From Acidobacteriota bacterium (GTDB taxonomy: Bacteria; Acidobacteriota; Aminicenantia; Aminicenantales; Saccharicenantaceae), in contig JAKQUO010000028.1 in assembly GCA_029569255.1 (NCBI GenBank), positions 1,335 to 65,334 of the forward strand: a stretch of DNA of 64,000 nt. The letters run 5' to 3'. Each line of letters begins with the position of its first letter. Position 1 is the first letter of the stretch. Of the stretch, positions 27,165 through 39,269 are shown in pieces. Under the pieces are notes generated by a model. It did no database searches. It saw only the letters and a program-made list of their open reading frames with translations, and was not told the origin of the DNA. Position numbers and translations under genes: made by a program.

Positions 27165-28173
27165 ACAGGTAGGCCGCGTCCCGGTGCCTGTTCTCGACCC
27201 CGTCGTGGACGGCGTAGCGGCCGCCCTCGAAGAAGCCGGCCGCGCCGAACTCCCCTTTCTTGCTGAGGGCGTAGAACTCGAGGCCGAAGTTCGGCCGGCC
27301 GTCGGCGTCGCGCAGCCGGGGGATGAGCCGGACCTTGGCCGCGACCGCCTCGAGGGCCTCGAGGCAGGCCTGCTCGGGGCCGGCGCCCCGGCCCATGGCC
27401 TCGACGATGCGGAAGCTGGCGCAGGTCAGGAGATTGGCCTCGCCCAGCCCGGTCGATCCGGCCGCGCCGATGTCGTTGTCGACATAGAGCCCGGCCCCGA
27501 TGACGGGCGAGTCCCCGACCCGGCCGGCCAGCTTCCAGCTGAGGCCGCTCGTCGTCGTCACCCCGGCCAGCCGGCCGGCGGCGTCGACGGCGATGCAGTT
27601 GATGGTGCCGTGCGTCGTCGGGACCTCGCGGCCCTCCGCCTCGGGCGCGCCGGACTTCTTCTCTTTCCAGAGCATCCAGGCCTCCCGGGACTTCTCGGTG
27701 AGCAGGTCCTCCTCCTCGAAGCCCTGGGCCTTGGCGAATTTCAAGGCCCCCTCGCCGACGAGCAGGACATGGGGAGTCCTCTCCATGACCAAGCGGGCCA
27801 CCTTGGACGGGTTCCGGATGTTCCGCAGCGCGGCCACGGCCCCGGCCGAATGGGTCGGGCCGTCCATGACCGAGGCGTCGAGCTCGACGACGCCGTCCTC
27901 GTTCGGGAGCCCGCCGTAGCCGACGGACATGTCGTCCGGGTCGTCTTCGACGATGTTCACCCCGGCGATCACGGCGTCGAGGGGCGCGCCTCCCGCCCGG
28001 AGGACATCCATGGCCTTGGCCGTGGCCTTGAGGCCGTTGCCGCTGGCCACGACCCGGGGGCCGGGGGGGGAGCCGGGCGCCGTCGCGGCCCGGAGCTTCA
28101 GGCCGCTTCCGGCGGCGAGCGCGGCCGCGCCCGCCCCGGTCCGGAGGAAGTCCCGTCTCGACAAAGCCGTCAT
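27112..28173 (-). CDS. Tat-secreted N4-(beta-N-acetylglucosaminyl)-L-asparaginase / isoaspartyl-peptidase-family Ntn hydrolase
   Basis: Twin-arginine signal SRRDFLRTGAGAAALAA. The TTHGTINCIAVDAAG...GDSPVIGAG motifs match the glycosylasparaginase family. Confidence 0.7.
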   Translation of the reverse strand: MTALSRRDFLRTGAGAAALAAGSGLKLRAATAPGSPPGPRVVASGNGLKATAKAMDVLRAGGAPLDAVIAGVNIVEDDPDDMSVGYGGLPNEDGVVELDASVMDGPTHSAGAVAALRNIRNPSKVARLVMERTPHVLLVGEGALKFAKAQGFEEEDLLTEKSREAWMLWKEKKSGAPEAEGREVPTTHGTINCIAVDAAGRLAGVTTTSGLSWKLAGRVGDSPVIGAGLYVDNDIGAAGSTGLGEANLLTCASFRIVEAMGRGAGPEQACLEALEAVAAKVRLIPRLRDADGRPNFGLEFYALSKKGEFGAAGFFEGGRYAVHDGVENRHRDAAYLFKRRPGRRRAGGEPRPG

Positions 28174-28174
28174 G

Positions 28175-30583
28175 TCATCTCCCCCTTTCTTCTTCCCCGG
28201 GCCGGGAGCCCGCCGGCCCGGGGGCCTTCTCCAGGTCCTCGAGGAGCTGGACGAGCACGACGTGCTCGCCCCCGGGCACGCCGAACTTGCGGGCCCGGCC
28301 GTGAAAGACGTCCGCGACCCGGCCGTCGACGAGGAGCTGGTACTTGCCCCGCTTGAGGAGCGTCAGCGACACCTTGACGTCCTTGAGGGCGTTGATCTCG
28401 AACGACACCTCCGCCTCGCTGTAGAGGAACTTCCGGACGACCGCGCCGCCGCCGACGGAGACGACCGTCACGCCTTCCTCCCTCAGCACGGTCGCCCCGC
28501 CCGAGGCCTCGACCTCGTAGTGGCGGCCCTGGATGAGGACGCGGGAGAGCCGGGCCCTCTTCTCCGGTTTGAGGATGCCGAAGCGGAAGCCCTCGTGGGG
28601 CGTGAAGTCGAGGCACTCCTCGACCGCGATCAGGGCGGCCAGGGGGCCGCCGCTCGCGAACCTCTGGCCGGCGGCCGCGCCGGTCAGGGAATCGAAGGCC
28701 TCGGGCGAGAGCCCGAAGCTCTTGAAGCTCCGCATGAACATCTCGGCGCTCTTCCGGGCGAACTCCGAAGCGACGACGTCCTGGCGGCAGGCCTTGAGGC
28801 CCTGATAGACGAGGTAGTTCGCCCACGGGCGGACGGCGCCGCGCCAGGCCTCCTGGCTTTCCGGCCGGAAGGCCGGGTCGTCGCGGGAGACCGACGGGAT
28901 GACGTAGTCCCCCCAGAACTGGCGGGGGTCGAGCAGCCGCTTGAGCATGCGCTGGACCCGGGCCTCGTCGGGGATGCCGGCGAGAAGGGTGAAGAAGGCC
29001 GAGGCGGCCTTGTGGACGGAGAACCGTCCGTCCCAGTGACGGTCGAAATAGAAGCCTTCCCGCTCGTTCCACAGCTGGCTGTTGACGAGGCCCTTCACCC
29101 TCCTGTACTGGTCCCGGTAGCGCTCGGCGTCGGCCGCCCGGCCCAGGACGGCGGCCATCTCGGCGAGCGACCAGGCGTCCAGGGCGTAAAGGGCGTTGAG
29201 GTCGAGGCAGTTCATGGCCAGCGTGCCGGTCTCCTCGTTGAATGGGGCGTCGTCCCAGTTGGGCAGATCGTCCTGGCCGGATTCCCAACCGGCCCGGATG
29301 CGCCCCGGCGCGTTCTTCTCCCAGGACGGGGCGTCCTTGGCGATGAGGGCCTTGTCGGACCCCCATTCGAGGAGCCCGTCGCCGTTGCCGTCCCGGCGGG
29401 CCGCGCCGCCGGGCTGGGGCGCCGTCCAGAACTCGTGCCAGCGCTGGAGATAGGGATAGGCGCGCCGGAGGAGGTCCAGGTCCCCCAGCCGTTCGAAGAG
29501 CTTCAGGGTGACGTAAGCGCCGACCGGCGGCTGGGACCGGTCGGCGCTCCCTCCCGTCCGGCCGCGCCAGCCCGGCAGGCGGCCGTCCGGGTACTGGGTC
29601 TCGAGGACGGCCGTCAGGGCGTCGACGGCCAGCTTCTGGCTCTCGAGCGAGACGGCCAGGACGTCGAGGAAGGCGTCGGTCCCCTGGATCGTCCAGTCGT
29701 CCGGCCGCCCGTCGGGCCGCGGCATGAGGGCGGCCCGGCCGTCCGGCAGGTAGAGGCGGTGGCGGCCGGGCTGGTAAAGGACGTTCCAGTGGAGGCAGTT
29801 CGTCACGGCCTCGGCGACGCCGGCGTAGAGGCCGAGGAGCTTGACCCTTTTTTGCTCGTAGATGCGGGCTTCCTCGTCGAGAAGGGCGCCGATGTTCGCC
29901 GCGTTCCGGTAGCGGGCCAGGCGGTCGGTGAGCTCGCGGGGCGTCCCCCCGACACAGGCCGCGAAGGCGATGACCCGGTCTCCGTCGGGGAGGTAGGTCC
30001 GGGCGGCGCCGCCGGGGGGAGCGGCGGCCGGCTCGCCGGGGCGGCTCGCCCAGATGAGGTAGAGGGGCCCCCCGGCCGGCCCGACCCGGCCGCTGACTTC
30101 GCCGTCGGGAAGGACGGCGTATTCGCCCTTGAGGCCCCAGGGCACGTAGTGGACGATCGAGACCTTGACGTCGGCCGGGGCGGTGAAGCGGCCGATGACG
30201 ACCCGCTCGTCCCGACGGGACCATTCGAAGGTCAGGGCGTCCCGCCGCGGCGCCGGCTTCATCAGGACGGGCGTCGCCGCGCCGAGCTTGAAGGGCAGCC
30301 CGAGGTCGAAACGGGCGCGGGCGAACAGCCCGTCGGGCGACTGGGGGCCGAGCTCGGACGCGAGGTAGTAGAGATCGGCGCCTTCGGCCGTCTCCTCGCC
30401 CCGTTCGACCCGGACGAGGAAGGCGTAGGCGCAGTCCGCCGACGGCGCGAGGACCAGGCCGGGCCAGCCGGCCGCGTCGAGCGAGCCGATGCAGGTCGCC
30501 TTCCAGGGATAGAAGATCTCGGGCGAGAGGACGAGGGCGGCGGCGGCCAGGAGCGCGGCGGCGAGCGCAGTCCTCTTCAGCAT
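28175..30583 (-). CDS. Secreted GH63-like (alpha/alpha)6-barrel glycoside hydrolase (processing alpha-glucosidase I / YgjK-like)
   Basis: 802 aa. Signal peptide MLKRTALAAALLAAAALVLS. Long (alpha/alpha)6 glucosidase-like region. Family assignment is made from overall sequence character, not a single motif. Confidence 0.6.
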   Translation of the reverse strand: MLKRTALAAALLAAAALVLSPEIFYPWKATCIGSLDAAGWPGLVLAPSADCAYAFLVRVERGEETAEGADLYYLASELGPQSPDGLFARARFDLGLPFKLGAATPVLMKPAPRRDALTFEWSRRDERVVIGRFTAPADVKVSIVHYVPWGLKGEYAVLPDGEVSGRVGPAGGPLYLIWASRPGEPAAAPPGGAARTYLPDGDRVIAFAACVGGTPRELTDRLARYRNAANIGALLDEEARIYEQKRVKLLGLYAGVAEAVTNCLHWNVLYQPGRHRLYLPDGRAALMPRPDGRPDDWTIQGTDAFLDVLAVSLESQKLAVDALTAVLETQYPDGRLPGWRGRTGGSADRSQPPVGAYVTLKLFERLGDLDLLRRAYPYLQRWHEFWTAPQPGGAARRDGNGDGLLEWGSDKALIAKDAPSWEKNAPGRIRAGWESGQDDLPNWDDAPFNEETGTLAMNCLDLNALYALDAWSLAEMAAVLGRAADAERYRDQYRRVKGLVNSQLWNEREGFYFDRHWDGRFSVHKAASAFFTLLAGIPDEARVQRMLKRLLDPRQFWGDYVIPSVSRDDPAFRPESQEAWRGAVRPWANYLVYQGLKACRQDVVASEFARKSAEMFMRSFKSFGLSPEAFDSLTGAAAGQRFASGGPLAALIAVEECLDFTPHEGFRFGILKPEKRARLSRVLIQGRHYEVEASGGATVLREEGVTVVSVGGGAVVRKFLYSEAEVSFEINALKDVKVSLTLLKRGKYQLLVDGRVADVFHGRARKFGVPGGEHVVLVQLLEDLEKAPGPAGSRPGEEERGR

Positions 30584-30713
30584 CGCGCGTCCGGGCCGTC
30601 GGCCTCCTCGCTGACTACTTTAAGGGAAACAGGCGGTCAAATCAAGGCGAAGGAGGTGCTTTTTCCCGGCGATTGTGCTAAATTATCCGTCCCTATTTCA
30701 TCCGGAGGGACCG

Positions 30714-31844
30714 ATGGATTTCCGGCTCTACTTCCGCTCCCGCCAAGGCGAGATGGTCCACCTTCTGAAGCAGCTCGTCGCGCTCGAATCCCCGAGCGGC
30801 GACAAGAAGGCCGTCGACGCGTGCGCCGCGTTCGTCGTCAGGGAGCTGAAGCGGGTCGGATGCCGGACGGCGCTCCACCCGCAGAAGGACATCGGCGACC
30901 TCGTCGTGGCCGAATTCGCCCCCGGCAAGCTCAAGGACGCCGACGACGAGATCCTCGTCCTCAGCCACGTCGACACGGTCTGGCCGGTCGGCAAGCTGGC
31001 CACGATGCCCTTCTTCGTCCAGGGCCACAGGCTCCACGGCCCCGGCGTCCTGGACATGAAGGCCGGCCTGGTCATGCTCGTCCACGCCCTGCGGAGCCTC
31101 CACAGCCTCAACCTCAAGCCCCGGAAGAGGATCACGGTCGTCCTCAACACCGCCGAGGAGACGGGGCACCCGGCGGCGACGGAGCTCATCCGCAAGCAGG
31201 CCCGCCGGGCCTCCCTCGTCCTCTGCCTCGAGCCCGCCCTGCCCGGCGGCGCCCTCAAGCTCGAACGGAAGGGCCGCCTGGTCGCGCGCCTGGACGTCCG
31301 CGGCCGCGCGGCCCACGCCGGCACGCCCGAGAAGGGCGTCAACGCCGCCGAGGAGCTGGCCGCCCAGATCGCCCGGCTCAAACGGCTGCGGACGCGCGAG
31401 ACGACGGTCAATGTCGGCCGGATCGGTGGCGGCGAGGCGCCCAACATCGTCGCCGAGAGCGCCTGGGCCTTGCTCGACGTCCGTTTTTGGAAGGCCGCCG
31501 ACCGGGACCGGGCCCTGAAGCTCCTCCGCGACTCCGCTCCGGCGCTGCGCGGGGCCCGGCTCAAGGTGACCGTCGAGAGCGCGACCCCGCCGCTCGAGAA
31601 GACGAAAGCCTCCGAACGGCTCTTCGCCCAGGCCCAGGAGATCGCGGCCGGCCTGGGGCTCGCGCTAAAGGCCGGCAAGGCGGGCGGCGGGTCCGACGCT
31701 TCGATCGCCGCCGGCGTGGGCATCCCCGCCCTCGACGGGCTCGGGCCCGACGGCGACGGCCTCCACGCCGAGAACGAGCACCTGCTCCTGCCGTCGTTCG
31801 TGGAGCGGACGGCCCTGCTGACCGAGCTTCTGAGGTCTCTCTAG
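30714..31844 (+). CDS. M20-family metallopeptidase (carboxypeptidase G2 / glutamate carboxypeptidase-like)
   Basis: HVDTVWP...GPGVLDMKAG metal-binding blocks. Start MDFRLYF preceded by GGAGGGA. TAAATT -10 at 30679..30684. Confidence 0.75.
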   Translation: MDFRLYFRSRQGEMVHLLKQLVALESPSGDKKAVDACAAFVVRELKRVGCRTALHPQKDIGDLVVAEFAPGKLKDADDEILVLSHVDTVWPVGKLATMPFFVQGHRLHGPGVLDMKAGLVMLVHALRSLHSLNLKPRKRITVVLNTAEETGHPAATELIRKQARRASLVLCLEPALPGGALKLERKGRLVARLDVRGRAAHAGTPEKGVNAAEELAAQIARLKRLRTRETTVNVGRIGGGEAPNIVAESAWALLDVRFWKAADRDRALKLLRDSAPALRGARLKVTVESATPPLEKTKASERLFAQAQEIAAGLGLALKAGKAGGGSDASIAAGVGIPALDGLGPDGDGLHAENEHLLLPSFVERTALLTELLRSL

Positions 31845-31889
31845 GAACCGATCGCATCGGCGAGAAAACACCATATTAAGGAGTGCGGC

Positions 31890-33038
31890 ATGATCAAAAA
31901 GTATTATCTCCTCTCCCCCGGCCCCACCCCGGTCCCCGAGCGGGCCCTGTCGGCGGCGGCCGAACCCATCTTCCACCACCGGACCCCCGAGTTCTCGGCC
32001 CTGTTCATGGAGGTCACGGAAGGCCTCAAGGAGGTCTTCGGGACCAAGGAGGACGTCTACATCCTGACCTCCTCGGGCACGGGCGCCATGGAGACCGCCG
32101 TGGTCAACCTGCTCAGCCCCGGCGACAAGGTCCTGACCATCAGCGGCGGCAAGTTCGGCGAGCGCTGGGGCAACATCTGCAAGGCCTACGGCGTCGCCTA
32201 CAAAGAGATCGCCCTCGACCCGTGGGGCAAGGACTTCAGCAAAGAGGAGCTCGAGGCCGAGCTCAAGGCCATGCCCGACTGCAAGGCCGTCTTCGCCACG
32301 CTGTCCGAGACCTCCTCCGGGGCCATGTTCGACATCCGGGGCTTCGGCGAGGCCGTGGCCAAGACGCCGGCCGTGCTCGTCGTCGACGGCATTTCCGGCG
32401 CCGGCGTCACCCCCTGCCCTATGGACGACTGGAAGGTCGACGTCTTCCTGTCGGGCTCCCAGAAGTCGTTCATGATCCCGCCCGGCTTGGCCTACATCGC
32501 CCTGAGCCAGAAGGCCTGGGCCCTGGCGGCCAACTCCAAGCTGCCCAAGTTCTACTTCGACCTCAAGAAGGCCAAGAAGAACCTGGCCGACAAGACGACC
32601 CCCTGGACGCCGGGCATCTCCCTCATCGTTCAGCAGAAGCACGCCCTGGACATGATCAAGAAGCTGGGGCTCGAAGGCCTCTTCGCCCACCATCGCGTCC
32701 TCGCCGACGCCACCCGGGCCGGCGTCAAGGCCCTCGGCCTCGAGCTGCTGGCCCAGCGTCCGGGCAACGTCCTGACCTGCTGCAAGGTGCCGGCCGGGAT
32801 CGAGGGCGGCAAGCTGGTCAAGACCATGCAGGGCAAGTACATGGCCTACATCGCCGGCGGGCAGGAGCCCTACAAGGGCAAGATCTTCCGCATCGCCCAC
32901 CTCGGCTACATGGGCGGCTTCGACATCATCACGGCCCTGTCGGCCCTGGAGATGACCCTCATGGACCTCGGCCACAAGTTCGAGGCCGGGGCGGGCATCA
33001 AGGCGGCCCAGGCCGTCCTCAAGGAGAACTGGCAATGA
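31890..33038 (+). CDS. Class V aminotransferase (serine-pyruvate / phosphoserine aminotransferase type)
   Basis: YLLSPGPTPVPERAL N-terminus. SQKSFMIPPGLAY region carrying the PLP lysine. Translationally coupled to serA (ATGA). Confidence 0.8.
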   Translation: MIKKYYLLSPGPTPVPERALSAAAEPIFHHRTPEFSALFMEVTEGLKEVFGTKEDVYILTSSGTGAMETAVVNLLSPGDKVLTISGGKFGERWGNICKAYGVAYKEIALDPWGKDFSKEELEAELKAMPDCKAVFATLSETSSGAMFDIRGFGEAVAKTPAVLVVDGISGAGVTPCPMDDWKVDVFLSGSQKSFMIPPGLAYIALSQKAWALAANSKLPKFYFDLKKAKKNLADKTTPWTPGISLIVQQKHALDMIKKLGLEGLFAHHRVLADATRAGVKALGLELLAQRPGNVLTCCKVPAGIEGGKLVKTMQGKYMAYIAGGQEPYKGKIFRIAHLGYMGGFDIITALSALEMTLMDLGHKFEAGAGIKAAQAVLKENWQ

Positions 33039-33934
33039 TCAAGATCCTCATCGCCGACGGCATGGACAAGGCGGCCCTGGACCAGCTCAAGGCCGTTCCG
33101 GGTTTCGAGGTCACCGTCAACAAGGGCATGAGCGAGGCCGACCTCGTCGCCGCGGCGCCGGGCCTGAGCGCCATCGTCGTCCGCAGCGCCTCCAAGATCA
33201 CCCGCCCGGTCCTCGAGGCCGGGAAGGACCTCAAGGTTCTGGTCCGGGCCGGCATCGGCCTCGACAACATCGACCGGGCCGCGGCCAAGGAGAAAGGCGT
33301 CTTCGTGGCCAACACCCCGGCCGCGACCTCCATCACCGTGGCCGAGCACACCTTCGGGCTCATGCTGGGCGCGGTCCGCAACCACTGGAAGGCCATCCTG
33401 ACGATGAAGGCCCACAAGTGGGAGAAGAAGGCCCTCGAGGGGACGGAGCTCTACGGCAAGACCCTCGGCATCATCGGCTTCGGCCGGATCGGCCAGGAGG
33501 TCGCCAAGAGGGCCCTGGCCTTCGGCATGACCGTCGTCGCCTTCGACATCGTGCCCATCAAGACGGACCTCCCCGTGAGGCAGGTCCCGCTCGACGAGCT
33601 CCTGCCGGCCGCGGACCTCATCACCCTGCACGTCCCCAAGCAGGCCAAGCCGGTCCTGGGCGAGGCGGAGTTCGGCAAGATGAAGAACGGGGTCATCGTC
33701 GTCAACGTGGCCCGAGGCGGCGTCGTCGACGAGAAGGCCCTGCTCGCGGCCCTGAACTCCGGCCGGGTCCGGGCGGCGGCGCTCGACGTCTTCGACAAAG
33801 AGCCGCCCGAGGACTTCTCCCTGGTCGACCACCCCAACGTCATCCCCATCCCCCACCTGGGGGCGGCGGCGGCGGAGGGGCAGCAACGGGCCGGCCTCGA
33901 GGTCGTCCGCATCCTGAAGGAGAAGCTGGCCTAA
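33035..33934 (+). CDS. serA: D-3-phosphoglycerate dehydrogenase (short form, no ACT domain)
   Basis: GKTLGIIGFGRIGQEVAKRA NAD-binding motif. D-isomer 2-hydroxyacid dehydrogenase catalytic R/E/H residues. 299 aa. Confidence 0.8.
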   Translation: MIKILIADGMDKAALDQLKAVPGFEVTVNKGMSEADLVAAAPGLSAIVVRSASKITRPVLEAGKDLKVLVRAGIGLDNIDRAAAKEKGVFVANTPAATSITVAEHTFGLMLGAVRNHWKAILTMKAHKWEKKALEGTELYGKTLGIIGFGRIGQEVAKRALAFGMTVVAFDIVPIKTDLPVRQVPLDELLPAADLITLHVPKQAKPVLGEAEFGKMKNGVIVVNVARGGVVDEKALLAALNSGRVRAAALDVFDKEPPEDFSLVDHPNVIPIPHLGAAAAEGQQRAGLEVVRILKEKLA

Positions 33935-34100
33935 CCTGGATTATTCGCGGATCGGGACGGCCCTCGGATGCGAGGCCCGAGGGGTGAAGCTGTCCTCTTC
34001 GGCACTGCGAACCCCCGGGAACGAAGCGGATGGGGGCCGGATCGGTTCGCCCGGAGGGTGAAAACGCCCGACGGGGGGCCGGGCATGTCCGGCCGCCGGG
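33935..34100. repeat. Dispersed intergenic repeat, copy C (inverted relative to copy A)
   Basis: Starts right after the serA stop. Its reverse complement aligns with 7856..7985 over ~130 nt with few substitutions. Carries the same CCCTCGG...CCGAGGG hairpin and a GGCCGGGCATGTCCGGCC near-palindrome. Confidence 0.7.
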
Positions 34101-34137
34101 GGGCGCGAGCGCCTGCCTATGTCTATTTGGCCCGTTC

Positions 34138-34146
34138 TGCTAAAAT
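34138..34146 (+). promoter_or_regulatory. Extended -10 promoter TGcTAAAAT, ending 7 nt before the ATG (leaderless mRNA predicted)
   Basis: cTGcTAAAATagcccccATG. The same gcTAAAATag-N6-ATG arrangement occurs at 54053..54072. Confidence 0.45.
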
Positions 34147-34153
34147 AGCCCCC

Positions 34154-35305
<1,152 letters not shown>

Positions 35306-35427
35306 AGGATCGGGTCGGCGAGAGACGCGGAGCCGCATCCCCGCGAGACGTCCGCAGGGGCCTCCCGGCCCCTCTCCTTTCGTCCCCGAAGGTTCGCGGA
35401 TCGCCCGGGCCCGAGGGCCGGGGCTGT

Positions 35428-35970
35428 CTAGGCCGGGCGTTCCCGCAGCTGTCGCAGGTAGATCTCCCTGACCTCGCGGAAATAGGCCTGGGGAGGCTCG
35501 CGCCGGAGGTCGGGATAGGTCCAGTCGAGCGTCCGGACGCCCGTCCGGGTGAAGAGGCACTCCAGGTGGGCGTAGATGCCCCGCGCGAGCGGGATCCGGT
35601 GGGCGAAGTCCTTGGCCGTGGCCATGACGACGGCCGAGGCGGTCAGGTAGCCGGGATCGATGTTCACCGGCCGCCCGGTGACCCCGCGCCCCTGCCGGAC
35701 CATGGCCTCGAGCTCGATCGCCCAGAGCTTCGCCGCCGGAAGCGACTCCGGCGGGACGAGCGTCTCGAAGCTGAGGAAGCGCCGCAGGAGGTCCCCGCCC
35801 ATCTCGTCCTCGTAGTAGCCGGTGAGGTCGAAAGGAAAGGCCGGGCTCTCCGAGTCGGCCCTCCCCCACTCCGCCTCGAGACGGGCCTTGACCTCTTCGT
35901 AGAGCGGGCTTTCCCTGTAGATGACGCCGCAGATCAGCTTGACCGGCGCGAACTCCCTCGGCTGGGCCAT
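35428..35970 (-). CDS. DUF4416-like hypothetical protein
   Basis: 180 aa. N-terminus [25 protein letters not shown] resembles the DUF4416 family, recalled from memory. Confidence 0.45.
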   Translation of the reverse strand: MAQPREFAPVKLICGVIYRESPLYEEVKARLEAEWGRADSESPAFPFDLTGYYEDEMGGDLLRRFLSFETLVPPESLPAAKLWAIELEAMVRQGRGVTGRPVNIDPGYLTASAVVMATAKDFAHRIPLARGIYAHLECLFTRTGVRTLDWTYPDLRREPPQAYFREVREIYLRQLRERPA

Positions 35971-36154
35971 CTCTAGAGCGGAGTATACACCATCCTCGGA
36001 TATCTCGCCATTCTTGGGATCGGCCGCCGAGCGACGCGATGGGGAGGGCCATCGAGCCCGGCTTGGACAATGTCAGCCGGGGCGCGCGGCGGATGAGGGC
36101 GGGATGATCCGCCGAAGCGCCTGGCGGCCGATTGCACGGCGGCGTGATTTTCCT

Positions 36155-36160
36155 TATAAT
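36155..36160 (+). promoter_or_regulatory. -10 box TATAAT, 9 nt upstream of the asnS GTG start
   Basis: ccttATAATgagcgcattGTGaaatgg. Confidence 0.4.
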
Positions 36161-36169
36161 GAGCGCATT

Positions 36170-37462
<1,293 letters not shown>

Positions 37463-37470
37463 CCCGGCCG

Positions 37471-38817
37471 ATGCGCGGCGCCCCGGGCGGCCGGCGCGCC
37501 GGAACGATCGCCCTCATCAGTCTCGGCTGCGCCAAGAACCTGGTCGACAGCGAGGTCATGCTCGGCGCGCTCAAGCGGGCCGGCCACGCTGTCGGCGCCC
37601 GGGCCGAGGACGCCGACGTCGTCATCGTCAACACCTGCGGCTTCATCAAGCCGGCCCGCGAGGAGTCCGAACGGGCGCTCCGGAAAGCCCTCGGCCTCAA
37701 GCGCCGCGATCCCCGCAAAACCGTCGTCGCGGCCGGCTGCTACGTCGAGCGGGACCGGCCCCGCCTGGAGCGGGCTTTCCCCGGGGTCGACGCCTGGACC
37801 GGGGTCCGCGACTTCGACCGGATCGCGGAGATCGCGGCCGGTCGGAAGGTCCGGCCCGGCCGGCGGACGTTCCTTTGCTCGGACGCGTCCCCCCGCGTGG
37901 TCACGACCCCCGGGACCTGGGCCTACGTCAAGGTCTCCGAGGGCTGTTCCCGCCGCTGCGCCTTCTGCGCCATCCCGCTCATCAAGGGGCCCTACGTCTC
38001 CCGCTCCGCGGCCTCGGTCGTCCGCGAAGCCCGGGCGCTCGCGGCCCTCGGGGTCCGGGAGGTCGTTCTCGTCTCCCACGACACGACCCGCTTCGGCCGC
38101 GACCGGGGCCGCCGCGGCGGACTGGCCCGCCTCCTCGAACGCCTCGCCGAGGTCGACGGGCTGGCCTGGGTCCGCTTCCTCTACGGCTATCCCGAGGAGA
38201 TCGACGACGCGCTTCTCGACGCGATGGCCGGGCCCAAGATCTGCCGCTACCTCGACGTCCCCTTCCAGCATGCCGACGCCGGACTCGTCAAAGCCATGCG
38301 GCGCGGGACGGACGGCGTCAAGGCCCTGAGGCTCATCGACCGGGTCCGGGACAAGCTCCCGGACGTCGCCCTCCGGACCTCGCTCATCGTCGGCTTCCCC
38401 GGCGAAGGGCGGCGGGAGTTCGCGGCCCTGCGGCGCTTCGTCGAGGCGGCCCGCTTCGACCATCTCGGCGTCTTCGCCTACTCGCCCGAAGCCGGGACCC
38501 CGGCCGTCCGCCTGCGCGAGACGGTGAGCGAGGCCGAGAAGGAGGCGCGGCGGCGCGAGATCATGGAGCTCCAGGCAGGGCTCTCGCGCCGGGCCAACGC
38601 CCGGCGGATCGGCCGGACGATCGACGTCCTGGTCGAGGGCCCGGACCCGGAGAAGCCCGGCCTCTGGACCGGGCGGGGCCGCTTCCAGGCCCCCGAGGCG
38701 GACGGGACCGTCCGCTTCGGGCTTCCTTCCGGGATGACCGAGCCGCCCGCGGCCATCGTCCCGGTCCTCATCGCTTCGGCCGGCGATCACGATCTCGAGG
38801 GGAGACTGGCCGGATGA
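37471..38817 (+). CDS. rimO: Ribosomal protein S12 methylthiotransferase RimO (radical SAM, MiaB family)
   Basis: ISLGCAKNLVDSE N-terminal cluster. CSRRCAFCAIP radical-SAM CxxxCxxC. C-terminal TRAM domain. Confidence 0.85.
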   Translation: MRGAPGGRRAGTIALISLGCAKNLVDSEVMLGALKRAGHAVGARAEDADVVIVNTCGFIKPAREESERALRKALGLKRRDPRKTVVAAGCYVERDRPRLERAFPGVDAWTGVRDFDRIAEIAAGRKVRPGRRTFLCSDASPRVVTTPGTWAYVKVSEGCSRRCAFCAIPLIKGPYVSRSAASVVREARALAALGVREVVLVSHDTTRFGRDRGRRGGLARLLERLAEVDGLAWVRFLYGYPEEIDDALLDAMAGPKICRYLDVPFQHADAGLVKAMRRGTDGVKALRLIDRVRDKLPDVALRTSLIVGFPGEGRREFAALRRFVEAARFDHLGVFAYSPEAGTPAVRLRETVSEAEKEARRREIMELQAGLSRRANARRIGRTIDVLVEGPDPEKPGLWTGRGRFQAPEADGTVRFGLPSGMTEPPAAIVPVLIASAGDHDLEGRLAG

Positions 38818-39269
38818 AGGCCTTGTCGCGGGCGTTCGCCACGTTCTTCGGCCTGGGCCGCGTTCCCCTCGCCCCCGGCACCGCCGCCAGCGCCGTCGCC
38901 GCCGTGGCCTACAAGCTCTTCCTTCACGGCCTGGCCCGGCCGTTCTACGCTCTCCTTGTCGTCGCCCTGTTCCTGCTCGGGGCCGCGGCCGCGAAGGCCG
39001 CCGCCGCGGAGTTCGGGCATCCCGACCCGGGCCGGGTCGTCGTCGACGAGGTCTGCGGCCAGCTCGTCGCCTCGGCCTTTCTCCCGGGGACCTGGGCCGC
39101 CGCAGGGGTCTCCTTCGCCCTCTTCCGCTTTTTTGATATCATCAAGCCCTGGCCGATCCGGAAGCTGGAGAAGCTCCCCGGCGGCTGGGGGATCATGGCC
39201 GACGACATCGCCGCGGGCCTGGCCGCCGCGGCGGTCGCCCGAGTGGCCCTTGCGGGGCTCTTCCGATGA
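38814..39269 (+). CDS. pgpA: Phosphatidylglycerophosphatase A
   Basis: FFGLGRVPLAPGTAASAVA...GWGIMADDIAAG. ATGA overlap with rimO. Confidence 0.8.
   Translation: MKALSRAFATFFGLGRVPLAPGTAASAVAAVAYKLFLHGLARPFYALLVVALFLLGAAAAKAAAAEFGHPDPGRVVVDEVCGQLVASAFLPGTWAAAGVSFALFRFFDIIKPWPIRKLEKLPGGWGIMADDIAAGLAAAAVARVALAGLFR

Noticed and set aside
27929-31879. 1316-aa plus-strand ORF and similar giants (1364..2974 -, 21948..24533 -, 33941..37411 -, 20167..21864 +)
   Set aside because: All lie antisense or out of frame to well-supported genes and are dominated by R/G/P/A/D runs with no recognisable domains: GC-frame artefacts.
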